Source of the DNA: Macrostomum lignano
Lineage: Eukaryota
Direction: 5' to 3'
DNA length: 64,000 nt
NCBI GenBank assembly: GCA_002269645.1
Contig: NIVC01002053.1
Coordinates: 62,001 to 126,000, forward strand
Shown: positions 42,635-55,300 of the stretch, one piece after another
Position numbering within the stretch: position 1 is the stretch's first letter
Layout of the letters: every line of letters starts with the position of its first letter
Notes under the pieces: model-generated
The model's input: the letters and a program-made list of their open reading frames with translations, nothing else
What the model was told of the DNA's origin: nothing
Databases searched by the model: none
Position numbers and translations under genes: made by a program

Positions 42635-43196
42635 TAGCCCTGTTCCCCCCGTCCCCATCTTTCGACGGTCATCAATCGTCAGATCGATGACTGGGCTGAC
42701 TCCCATGACAGGGACAGATGGGCGGGCACCCAAAACTGCCGGCAATCTCGTGCCGCAGTTCCGTGCCCCTCTCGCAGGCTCAGGAACGTCCTTCTGAACC
42801 AAACTCGGAAGGATATTTGAGCCCTTGCCATGACCTTTACCGGCCATGGCTACCTCGCCAGGCACTGCTTCATCCGAGGCGACCTCGAGAGTGAGCTTTG
42901 CCCCTTTTGCGAGTACGACAATGAAGTTGCTCAGCACTTTGTCACTTCCCTTTCTTTACCAGAGACCGGCTACGCTACCTCGGGCCTAACCCGTCCATTG
43001 ACGAGGTCTGCCAGCCCGACAAGCATCCCACGGCTCATCCGGCTCCTCCGGGCGACAAGACGAGCCAATTTTTCCCCACGGAAGATCACGCTGCAGGACG
43101 GACCGGCGGACCACCCTGACCCGGCGGACCGCCTCTCTCTGCAGCTGGGGTCTCTGCATGTAGCTGGTGCCTCTGCCTGTCTGCGGGCCTTCAGGG
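42635..43196 (+). mobile_element. LOA LINE fragment (C-terminus and first 3' UTR hairpin), ends at ...TTCAGGG
   Basis: Homologous to 40125-40640 (MTFTGHGYLARHCF...ELCPFC). Confidence 0.85.
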
Positions 43197-44085
43197 ACGG
43201 GAGTCTCCTGCATCAGTAGGCGCTAAAAATGTGTTTCCATGCAGCACTTCTGCAGATGCGGCCAGTGCTTGACAGTCTATTATATAGCTGACTCAAGCTG
43301 CGTGTCTGAGAGACTGCCGAGAATGGGAACAGTGCAGCTGGGAAATGCGAATGAAATATCAGAAAGGATTTTTTTATTACGTGTATAGTACCTGCGATCT
43401 GCGACCCATCCCTGCCTGTGGATTAGACATTCGATGAGGCATTATTACTTTATTCAGTTCAGTCATATAGTTAGTATATATCATTTAACTTCATTTGAGT
43501 ATTCGAAAGCTGCATTTGAGTTTTTCAAAAGCATCATTTGAGCTATTGGTACTAATCATTTGAGTACGAGCGTATTCGAAATCATCACTCGAGTTATTCG
43601 AAATCATCATTTGAGTTATTCGAAAGCATAATTTGAGTATTCGAAATCATCATTTGAGTTATTCGAAAGCATCATTTGAGTTATTCGAAAGCATCATTTC
43701 CATTTGAGTATTCGAAATCATCATTTGAGTTATTCGAAAGCATCATTTGAATATTCGAAAGCAGAATATTCGAAAGCATCATTTGAATATTCAAAAGCAT
43801 CATTTGAATATTCGAAAGCTGCATTTGAGTTGTTCGAAAGCATAATTCAAGATATTCAAAGCACCTTTCGAGTTATTCGAAAGCATCATTCAAGCTATTC
43901 AAAAGCACCTTTCAAGTTATTCGAAAGCATCATTCAAGCTATTCAAAAGCACCTTTCAAGTTATTCGAAAGCATCATTAAAGCTATTCAAAAGCACCTTT
44001 CAAGTTATTCAAAAGCATCATTCAAGCTATTCAAATGCACCTTCCGAGCTATTCAAAAGCATCATTTGAGTTTCGGAATCATCAT
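43195..44085 (-). repeat. Distal part of the right arm (unique segment plus 22-bp satellite, inverted relative to 27138-28465)
   Basis: 43195-43460 is a diverged reverse complement of 28170-28465; 43480-44085 is (TTTGAGCTATTCGAAAGCATCA)n. Confidence 0.75.
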
Positions 44086-44164
44086 TTAAATAATGTATGC
44101 ATGTTACTTAATAAGTAATTATACATGTTAAGTATTTACAAGTTAAGTAATTATACATGCCTAC

Positions 44165-44680
44165 TATATTTCAAGGACTAATAGGAACTTTAAGTCCTTG
44201 ACTATATTATCTGCATGTACGAACGGTATACACACTGTATGAAGCATGTGTACGACCAGGACCACTGACAGAATTTAGTAGTCCCTGTGTTCGCCTATAC
44301 ATATTACAGTAGATACAAAATGTACATCCATCAGCCACTTATAAATGCAATAAATGCGATCCCAAAACTTCGAAAAGTCTCGTACGTGGTCGCAAAAAGG
44401 CTCAGACTGCAGAGACACCAGTTGTTTCGTGGGTTGCATGCCATGCATCCAGTGTACTGGTACTTCTCCGGTAAAGGACGGTAAAAGTGCATCCGATATA
44501 AAAAAATGATATAAAATAGCAACATTTTGAACTTCGCATCTGGCCTCATTATGTCTGCACATGTCTGCCAACTTTATGTCAGCACACATATGCATACATA
44601 CCCTTGTGTATGAATATTTTTCCTTAAAAAACATTTGTAAAGGCCTTCAGCTTAAGGTTTCCTTTTTCCATTGAATTTAA
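44165..44680 (-). mobile_element. Element copy D, internally deleted terminal fragment
   Basis: Matches 32806-33180 and 33590-33700, includes both terminal hairpin positions, lacks the cargo exon. Confidence 0.7.
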
Positions 44681-44754
44681 ATATATCATTAGGCACAGAA
44701 TTCAGTAGGCGAGGGCCGATGTCAGAGGGAGTATATAGCTAGTGCATTTTCTTA

Positions 44755-45720
44755 AGTGCATGACGTAAATGACCCGCAATACTATTTAAGAGCATACTGA
44801 GTACCGATGTAGTCATGAAAGTCTAACGACCCCATTTTCCTTGGCGCAGCTAGGAGCCAGGATGTGTGGGAGTTAAAAAATCTAGTGCTTTAAGCGATAT
44901 GTGTTTGTGTTTAGCAAAGTCTTGTCTTTTTCTAGATGTCAGGTTTAGGTTCTTTTTTTAGGTTTTTAAGGGTTTAGGTTCAGATTCAGATGTCGATTTT
45001 AGGCTGTAAAACGGAAAAATCCCTAATTGGCATAATTGGCATAAAGAATAAAGGTAAAAGGCGCCCTGATTTTCACTTTTGGTTAACGCCAACACCGACA
45101 TGCGTGACGATGAGAACTTAATCTTTATATCTTGTTATATATTTATTGTTATTTTGATAGCTAGGATAAAAGATTTTTATTTCAATAGTGGCCTTCAACT
45201 TGCCAAAGGATATGAGAAAAATGCACTTGATTTAATGTAGTCCACGCTAAAGCAAATTTTAGACGAAATAAACTTCTTGTTTCGTAGAATACTACAATAG
45301 TTGATAAAAGATAAAATATATTACGACGTAGCGTAGCTAGCTTAGCATGCTATGCTATGCTATTGCTAATTTGCTAAGGTCTAACTAAGGACTAAGGCCA
45401 ACAGCCAGCAGTCAGCTAGGCATAACTCCGCGCCAAAACTATAATTCAATACTAGTAGGCTATTTACTTAGACTAGTCACGGCGGGTTCGAGTAAATTTC
45501 TTTGTAAATCGGTCAATCGAGTTCGAGTAATATTGATATGTGAAAATGTGAAATCGAGGTCAAAGATGATGAAGACATAGGGCTCCAACCCCAATTGGTG
45601 GGAAAAGCTATTTATAGGAAAAACTAAACCCTTTTAAATTCCAAAGGTCAATTTCTCAATAAAGTCTGTATTGCTTTAATTTTAGTATTTTTTCCTATAA
45701 CCATAGGCTAGCAATACCTA
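44755..45720 (+). repeat. Dispersed repeat R, copy 2
   Basis: Aligns to 41680-42610. Confidence 0.75.
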
Positions 45721-48700
45721 TAATCTAAATCTTCATCTTATACCATACTATACTAGGCCCCTATGCTATACTTAGGGGTTGGACAAGATCTTTATCTTGA
45801 TTGTCAAGATCTCGGCACTTTTCTTAATCTCAATCTTTTTTTAAGATCTCTAAAAAAGTCAATATTTGTGACTATATGACTAGGCCTATTGGTGACTACA
45901 ATATTATCATATTTATGTTTGATATAGGCCTACATCTAGTTACCAACAAGCTCAATATTAATAATTGTTTTTCCTTCTATTATGATCATTGTACCATCTT
46001 ATTGTTATCATGCAGCCATCTAGTGTATTCCTTACAGATTCAGCAAAATACTTAGGTCCATCTCTATTAACAACCTAGATGGAATTGATGACTAACAAGC
46101 CCTAACTATCTACTCATATGGATACAATAAAAGAACTGCAGCCATTGCCTACATCATCCGTCACTATCATTGAGTGCTACCACTACCAAATTTGCCTCTG
46201 TTGTATTCGCCTTTGTCATTTGATCCAAAGTATGCCATTTAATTGTCACAATTAGCACTAATAGATAGAATAGTGTAAACAGGCCTACTAGATGCTAATT
46301 AAATTAGGCTTAATCTCAAATCTTAATTGAATCTCAATTGTCTTGAAAGCATAGATCTTGAGCCTCAAAAATCTCAAAATGTGATATTGTCTAACCGGCT
46401 AACCCCTAACTATATTATATATTGATAGCTATACAGCTATTTAAAATTTAGTTTATTTAAGTCATTCAAAAATTGATATGCCCTGTTATTTGTAGCAGAA
46501 TATATAAAATCAAAAAATGTTTAAATAAAAGTAGATCTTATAATTAGTTTAAAAATCAAATATTACAATATATATAGTCTATATAATTATTATTTAAACT
46601 AATAGACATTTAATAATTTTATGGCCTATTCATAGGGCCTAGTGTTAGTGTTTTTGAGGTAGGGCAAAGAAATAAAGATTATTTTCTCGCTTGTGGCTTG
46701 GTTGGCTGATACCAAATTGGGGTGGTTCTAACTTTTAAATTGTCACTGGCATTGAGCTCACACAAATTAAATCTGAAAAATGGTGCAAACAAATCCCAAC
46801 AAAATTTCTCCTATAATACTCTGGCTGCCAGGGTCCTCAATTCTGGGGGAAGGATAGTTTTGTTGTTAGTGAGCAGTCTCCATTAGGCACAGTTGTTCAG
46901 AGTGGGTCCTTAGACACCGAATTGGATGTACATCAAATGCTTCAAATGCTTAAATGGTTACTATGAGTAGCCTAGTGCTGCCACCATTGTTATTTTTATA
47001 TTATAGAATGTTGAGGTCTCAGAGCTTTCTTTGAGATGAAACTTGGTTATTTTATGCCCCATGGGCAAATGACTCAATATAGGCTATGGTTCTGATTAGT
47101 TAATTTGTGATTAAAGATTGTTTAATGTTTATTAATAGTACTGAGAACTAAGGAAAATATTAGCTAGATTAAACAAGGTGACTTATTAATATTATTTTGT
47201 CAACCTAACAATCAGATGATAGTTGGCAGTACCGCGGGTGCACTAATAAATGTTAAGCAAAAGTTACACACAAGCTAATAGACTCAATCAAGTTGTACTA
47301 AAGGTTAAGTATTAATAATCAGTTAAAGTTATGAGAAAGGGAAGGGAAAGAAAAGGCAAGGTCAAGACAAGGTCAATGCCAGGGAGCATCATTAAATAGA
47401 ACAAAAAGAGCAGAATGTAGACAAACAGGGACAAACACTGGGGACAAAACATGGACACAAAAGACCAAACATGGAAATAGAATTTTGAAATGCAGTCAAA
47501 CATAGAAAAACAAAAAATAACCAAATGGGGGATGCACAAAACCAGGGAAAGGAGCAAGGAGGCCAAACCCAGGAAGCAAGAAAATGATGAAATTTCGCCA
47601 TTACGGGGCATCTTATGGTAGACAAAATGGGCCAACCCAGGTAACAGAAAAAGGAGGGTCACAAGATGGTCTGGAAAATTAATTTCTTAGCAGAAATTTT
47701 CAGTGCATAGTAGTGCATATCAAAAGCTAACAACAAAATGAAACATCATGTATAGTACAGAATCAAATTGACATCAAGCTGACCAGTTGGAAGCAACCAT
47801 CATATTTTTTACCAATTGCTAATTTTAACTCTCAAACTGAAAAGTGCATAATGCAATAGAAAGTTTTAAATTAAAAAGCACCAATAAAAGCCAAATGTTT
47901 TATTACTTTGATTTAGTCCACATTTTACTAGATCTTCTAGTGCCACTGCATTTTTGCTATGAATTTGTCAATAACAAATATAGGGCTTGATGTAGAACTT
48001 TGTACTTTAGCTTCATGCATAGCATATGCCAAAAATATATTAAAATGTAGGCCTATTCCTGCATACACACAACACTTTCCTTCAGGGAGTATGGAGGCCT
48101 AGTAGCCAAAAAGTCCCAAAATCCTAATGTAGAAAGTATATTAATCCTAGTAGTATAATCATGTATTGATTAGTTCTACTTGTTTAAAATTAAAAATAGT
48201 TATAAAAGCCTAACCAATTACCAATTTCTCAGAGAAATTATCAAGGTTCCATTTTCTAAATAAATTGCACCTCCCCTCTCCATCTCCTGTTTCCCTCCCT
48301 CTGTGTCTCTTGGCCTTCTCTCTATCTCCTTGTCTGTTTAACCACAATAATAATGGAAATTGGCATCCCAAAGAATGAACTACACAAAATATATCTCATA
48401 TTTAAACATGAGCAATAAATATTTTCTCCATGATAAGCAATCTTAACATGCATAGAAACATTGTTATTCTATTATATTTGATAAAACAAACCTTTTTTGG
48501 TAAATAAAGCTCTCTTTTCATAGAAGTTAGAACAGTCTCTATAAAGTATAGATTAATTAAAAATTAAACATTGTCATAATTGAAACTCTTGTTTTAATAA
48601 CAATTTATCTAGAGTTCTGGATCTATAAAATACAACAATTATTTATAAAATTAGATATCTTTTCTTATTAGTCTCTATACCAGGGGTCCCTAACCTTCTA

Positions 48701-49330
48701 CAGATAGTAGGCCACATTTACAACTGGCTTAGGTATGTGGGCCACACGCTCCTTCACTTCCTTTATCCCCCTCAACCCTTTTAACCCGCAACCCCTATAT
48801 CCTTTACCTTGAATATTGATATTACCTAGCATTCCTTCTTACTTTTCACTTCAACTCTTGAATGCATATACATTTGTGCACTAGGAGTGGCTAAAATAGC
48901 AATCCAAATGAATTGAAGTGTCAGGAGCCACAGTGAAATCCAATGATAGACTCAGTGGGCTGAATGTAATGCAAACTTATTAAATAAAGTTTAAATAATG
49001 TTTCTTAATGAAAAGCTTCCATGTCTAAGGCTACTGGTATGTCCAAAAGAATAGTAGAATTACTATTAAAAGCAACAAATTAACTAATCATGGTACTATC
49101 AAGCATTTTAAAGAACCAAAATATTAAGTTGAATAATTGATAATTAAAATTTAATCTTATACTAATTATACTTTCAGGGCAAAACTAGTTTGAATTGCTA
49201 ATTACTAAATACAATTATTTGCATTTGGTATTGGAACTCCAAATATTTATTAATCACAGAAGTTTTTTATCGCTGGCTAACATTGAATCAGTGAATTGCA
49301 ACTCTGTCCAATGTGTGCTCTGTGGCATTC

Positions 49331-52300
49331 ATGAGTACACCAACAAGTGATATAGGAACTCTTACTGGTAAGTGAATATTTATTATTTTCAAGCAGGTCT
49401 TGCTCAATTCGCTAGTTTAATGTTAATGAAATAATTTATGATATTTATTTTTGTACCTTAAGTGAGTAGTATAATGATTTATTAGCATTTGAGGGAGACA
49501 TGTCACAGAGGTTTGAAAATTAGAGAAATTTTAGGATTCAGCTCATGTTTCTATTTAATTGCTGCTTTTAGATTTTTACAGTTGCTGCGTTGGTCATTTA
49601 GTCTTTGCTTTATTTTATTTTTTTAGTTCAAATGCAACAACATGCATGTTAAATACTTAAAATTTCTACCCAATTATGCATACATTGCTTATGCACTTAG
49701 TGTTTTAATTATATGCTTTGCACTTTGCAATCAATGTTAATGTATGAAATACATCATATATTTACATGTAATATTAGTAAATTTCTTTGTTATAATGTGT
49801 CCTTGTAGACTGACTGCACTTAGGATATTGAAATCAGAAGTCATCAATACCTTGAAATGTATGTTGACCAAATTAATTGCTATTAGTAATGTCCGTTTCT
49901 AACTATGAGCAGTCATACTTATACTTAGTTGTTATTGCAATGAACTTGCACTTTTTAACAATCTAGAGCTTTGTCTTACTCTTTAAACTGTCTCACTCTC
50001 AGCCTGTTGTTACTTTCATAGCTTTTTATCTTTGATAACAACTCTCTGTAGATGCTTTTTTGTCTCATGTAGCTAAGAGACGCCAATGTTAGACATTCTT
50101 GTTAAGCAGACTGCTAATAGTAGTGCAGTATGCTGTGCATACACATTTTTTCTCTAAATCTCACAATCATGTTTGCCCTCTAAAAACAGCCTTTGCTTTA
50201 ACAGAATCTAATTGAATAACTGACTCTAGCAGTTTAAGAGTTTTAAGTTCTTCCATCTGATGCTAAGAAGTGAGCAGATGCAAAGGCAAGTACAACACTC
50301 GCATAGGAGACATTGCTGCGCTCATAAGCGCCTATTTGTGCTAGCACTAACCTATCGCAATCTGATACCATACGTGGAATCGAACCCGGGCCCTCCTTAG
50401 ACTAGGCTTTGTTTTTATGTTAGAAACGTTTTTGTACATCAAAACTATCATCACTTTCCTAAATAACGATGAACTTTACAATTTGACAGTTTGACAATTT
50501 CTTTTACCTTTTAAAATGCTATCAAAATGTTCTTTCCTAGCCAGAGGCAACATGTGCATGCTAATAAGGGCAGGCAGGGGTGTGCGGTGAGTGAAGGCTG
50601 GCTAGATGATAAGAATTTGGAAAGTTTATTAGCCTGAAAACTGAGTGTCCGGCCCTACTCGACCGTCTCACAGCCTCGCTACTCAGTGTTAGTTTTTTCT
50701 CTTCTCTTAAACAAACTCCCCTAGCAGTACTTATTGTTTAATTCGGGCGAGCGATTTCCTACCTAACTGACAGCCCTAGCAACCAGCCGCACGTGTACTT
50801 GTGCGCACTCGCGCCCAGTAGAATCCAGAGCCCCCGTGGTGTGCGTGTGAGAGAGGCGAGAGACGAATGCCATACCGTGTGCTGTATTGTACGGGTATTT
50901 TGTGCGTAAACAGAAATTATATATAATAGCAGCGGTTAGCCTCTGACCCAAGAGTTTTATTAATTTATTATGCTAACAAAGACTAAGTCGTGTTTTATTC
51001 AGACACAAGGCTAGTTTTCTCTCACCCAAGCTCGATTATATATAATAACTAACTTGGCCTAGTAACTAACCGCCGTCTATGTATTTCCTGTCGCAGATGT
51101 TCACAGCAACGAGAATTTGGCCGAAGTAGAACTAGTCTCCTTAGTGACCGAGTCGCTGCCGCGTTATAAATTGCGCGCCGATCGGCTTGTTGAGCTGACC
51201 GGTTATGCTCACAAAGACTGGATAGACGTATCGCCTAGGCACAGACGGGCCTCCATCACAGCGGATCGGAAGGCCTCTAACGAGGCGTTGACTTATGAGC
51301 AGATTAGCAAATCGTTGGACTATTTTCTATTGTGCGGACTGAGAATTAGCCAGATGACTAAGGCTTATCATGACATCGAGGCGGTCACCAGGCTGTTGGA
51401 AGAGGTTCGTGTTTTTCTTGTTCTATGTTGCTTTTTTGATTTGAATTTTTCATTCCTGGTAGGGCTACTTTTGCATACTTGTATCTGTGCACTCTTAAAT
51501 CGTTTGTAGGTACCCTAGCAATTAAATCAGGGGGGTATGTAGGTTGTAGGACGTGATTGATGTACCCTAGTAACTAAACCAGAGGGTATGTGGTTTATAG
51601 GACGTGATTGAAGTACCCTAGCAACTAAATCACGGGGTATTTAGTTTGTAGGACGTGATTGAAGTACCCTAGCAACTAAATCGGGGAGATATGTAGTTTA
51701 TAGGACGTTATTGAAGTACCCTAGCAACTAACTCGGGGAGATATGTAGTTTATAGGACGTTATTGAAGTACCCTAGCAACTAAATCGGGGAGATATGTAG
51801 TTTATAGGACGTTATTGAAGTACCCTAGCAACTAAATCAGTGGATTTGTAGTTTGTAGGACGTGATTGAAGTACCCTAGCAACTAAACAGGTGGATATGT
51901 AGTTTGTAGGACGTGATTGAAGTACCCTAGCAACTAAACAGGTGGATATGTAGTTTGTAGGAAGTGATTGAAGGTACCCTAGCAACTAAATCGAGGAGAT
52001 ATGTAGTTTGTAGGAAGTGATTGAAGTACCCTAGCAACTAAATCGGGGAGATTATAGGACGTAGTTTATAGGACGTTATTGAAGTACCCTAGCAACTAAA
52101 CAGGTGGATATGTAGTTTGTAGGACGTGATTGAAGTACCCTAGCAACTAAACAGGTGGATATGTAGTTTGTAGGACGTGATTGAAGTACCCTAGCAACTA
52201 AATCGAGGAGATATGTAGTTTGTAGGAAGTGATTGAAGGTACCCTAGCAACTAAATCGAGGAGATATGTAGTTTGTAGGAAGTGATTGAAGGTACCCTAG

Positions 52301-55300
52301 CAACTAAATCGGGGAGATATGTAGTTTATAGGACGTGATTGAAGTACCCTAGCAACTAAACAGGTGGATATGTAGTTTGTAGGACGTGATTGAAGTACCC
52401 TAGCAACTAAACAGGTGGATATGTAGTTTGTAGGACGTGATTGAAGTACCCTAGCAACTAAACAGGTGGATATGTAGTTTGTAGGAAGTGATTGAAGGTA
52501 CCCTAGCAACTAAATCGGGGAGATATGTAGTTTGTAGGACGTGATTGAAGTACCCTAGCAACTAAATTTGTAGGACGTGATTGAAGTACCCTAGCAACTA
52601 AATCGGGGGGATATGTAGTTTGTAGGACGTGATTGAAGTACCCTAGCAACTAAATCGGGGGGATATGTAGTTTATAGAAGATTGAAGTGCCCTAGCAACT
52701 ATATCTGGGTTTATGCAACTTTTTTGATATTTAAATCGCCCCAATACACATTTTGTTATTCGCATTCGATGGCCAAATCTAATTATTCGAATCATACCGA
52801 ATTATGAATTTCCCACAAACTCCCCAGCGCGAAACCGACCTGGAGCTGGCCGCCAGGATAGGCAAAGAGCTGCTAGAAAAGAATCGCGATCTGCAAGCAA
52901 AATGCGACATATTAGACGAACAGCTAATGCAGGAACGAGACGTTGTAAGTAGTGTTAAGCGGGCTTTCTATGCAAAAAATCAAATGCCTAAAGATATTTT
53001 TGTGTACTATTTCAGGTGGCGCAGTTGCGACACGATTTGCATCTGAAGGAGGAGCTGCTGGCAATCTATGCTCAGAGCGAGGATTCCGAGGTCGCAGGCG
53101 CTTCGGCAAGCGAAGGGTATGTCAGAGTGCTGTGGGGCTGGTTGATTCTGTCACAGGAATGATGATCCATTCCCACCCTGTCAAAGATATGATTATCATA
53201 ACCCTCCCCGTTACAGAAATGATTACCCATTCCCTCTCTGTCACAGGAATGATTACCCATTCCCTCTCTGTCACAGGAATGATTATCCATTCCCTCTCTG
53301 TCACAGGAATCATTATCCATTCCCTGTCACAGGAATGATTATCCATTCCCTCTCTGTCACAGGAATGATTATCCATTCCCTCTCTGTCACAGGAATGATT
53401 ATCCATTCCCTCTCTGTCACAGGAATGATTATCCATTCCCTCTCTGTCACAGGAATGATTATCCATTCCCTCTCTGTCACAGGAATCATTATCCATTCCC
53501 TCTCTGTCACAGGAATCATTATCCATTCCCTCTCTGTCACAGGAATCATTATCCATTCCCTCTCTGTCACAGGAATGATGATCCATTCCCTCTCTGTCAC
53601 AGGAATCATTATCCATTCCCTCTCTGTCACAGGAATCATTATCCATTCCCTGTCACAGGAATGATTATCCATTCCCTCTCTGTCACAGGAATGATGATCC
53701 ATTCCCTCTCTGTCACAGGAATCATTATCCATTCCCTCTCTGTCACAGGAATCATTATCCATTCCCTCTCTGTCACAGGAATGATGATCCATTCCCTCTC
53801 TGTCACAGGAATGATTATCCATTCCCTCTCTGTCACAGGAATGATGATCCATTCCCTCTCTGTCACAGGAATCATTATCCATTTCCTCCCTGTCACAGGA
53901 ATGATTATCCATTCTCTCTCTGTCACAGGAATGATTATCCATTCCCTCTCTGTCACAGGAATGATGATCCATTCCCTCTCTGTCACAGGAATGATTATCC
54001 ATTCCCTCTCTGTCACAGGAATCATTATCCATTCCCTCTCTGTCACAGGAATGATTATCCATTCCCTCTCTGTCACAGGAGTGATGATCCATCCCTCCCC
54101 ACCCCTTCAGTGAGTCGCTGAGCCAGTCCGTGGGCAGTTTCGCCGGTGTTCACCTCACAAACCTGGAGCGCAAAGTGAAGCAGCTCGAAGAGGAGAACAT
54201 GCAGCTGCGGCTTGAGAAGTCCCGACTCAGCAGCGACACTGACGGCATGGAGGAGCGGGAGACGGCCTTGGTGAAGGACTGCATCAGGCAGCTGGCCGAG
54301 GCCAACCTGCACATCAAAGGCCTGTCTGACAATCTCAATCAGAAAACCGATTTGTACATTAGCCAGCAGACTGAGATTACCCAGCTGCTGACTAAAAATA
54401 TCGAATTGGAAAGCAAGATTAAGCGGGTGAGTCTTGTTTTGTTAGGGTTGCTAATTTAGCCTTTGGCAATGTGCTGGGTATAGTGGATTGCTAATCTAGC
54501 CTTTGGAAATGTGCTGGGTATAATGGATTGCTAATCTAGCTTTTTTGTCAATGTGCTGGGTATAATGGATTGCTAATTTAGCCTTTTTGCCAATGTGCTG
54601 GGTATAAAGGATTGCTAATCTAGCCTTTTTGCCAATGTGCTGGGTATAATGGATTGCTAATCTAGCCTTTGGCAATGTGCTGGGTATAATGGATTGCTAA
54701 TCTAGCCTTTGGCAATGTGCTGGGTATAATGGATTGCTAATCTAGCCTTTGGCAATGTGCTGGGTATAATGGATTGCTAATCTAGCCTTTGGCATTGTGC
54801 TGGGTATAATGGATTGCTAATGTGTTGGGTATAGTGGGTTGCTAATCTAGCCTTTTTGCCAATGTGCTGGGTATAATGGATTGCTAATCTAGCCTTTGGC
54901 AATGTGCTGGGTATAATGGATTGCTAATCTAGCCTTTGGCAATGTGCTGGGTATAAAGGATTGCTAATTTAGCCTTTTTGCCAATGTGCTGGGTATAAAG
55001 GATTGCTAATCCAGCCTTTGGCATTGTGCTGGGTATAGTGGATAGCTAATGTAGCGTAAAATAGATCAGCTATCGATTTTTTTATCGTCAATATGTAAAC
55101 AGCTTAAAAGTACATAATAGATTTTCGAAATGTATAGTAGTATTTAGCGGATTGCTAATCTATTCTGCAATAGTAATGCTAGCTGTATGAGCAATTTTAA
55201 GAACCAATCAACTCCACAGGTGGCAATGGAGCGCGACCTGCTTGACACCAGGCTAAGAGAAGCGCAGAATGCTCAACGTGCGCTCACTGGCGAACTGGGC

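Noticed and set aside
47312-47662. Hydrophobic 116-aa minus-strand ORF
   Set aside because: Product of a purine-rich low-complexity tract; no coding bias or splice context
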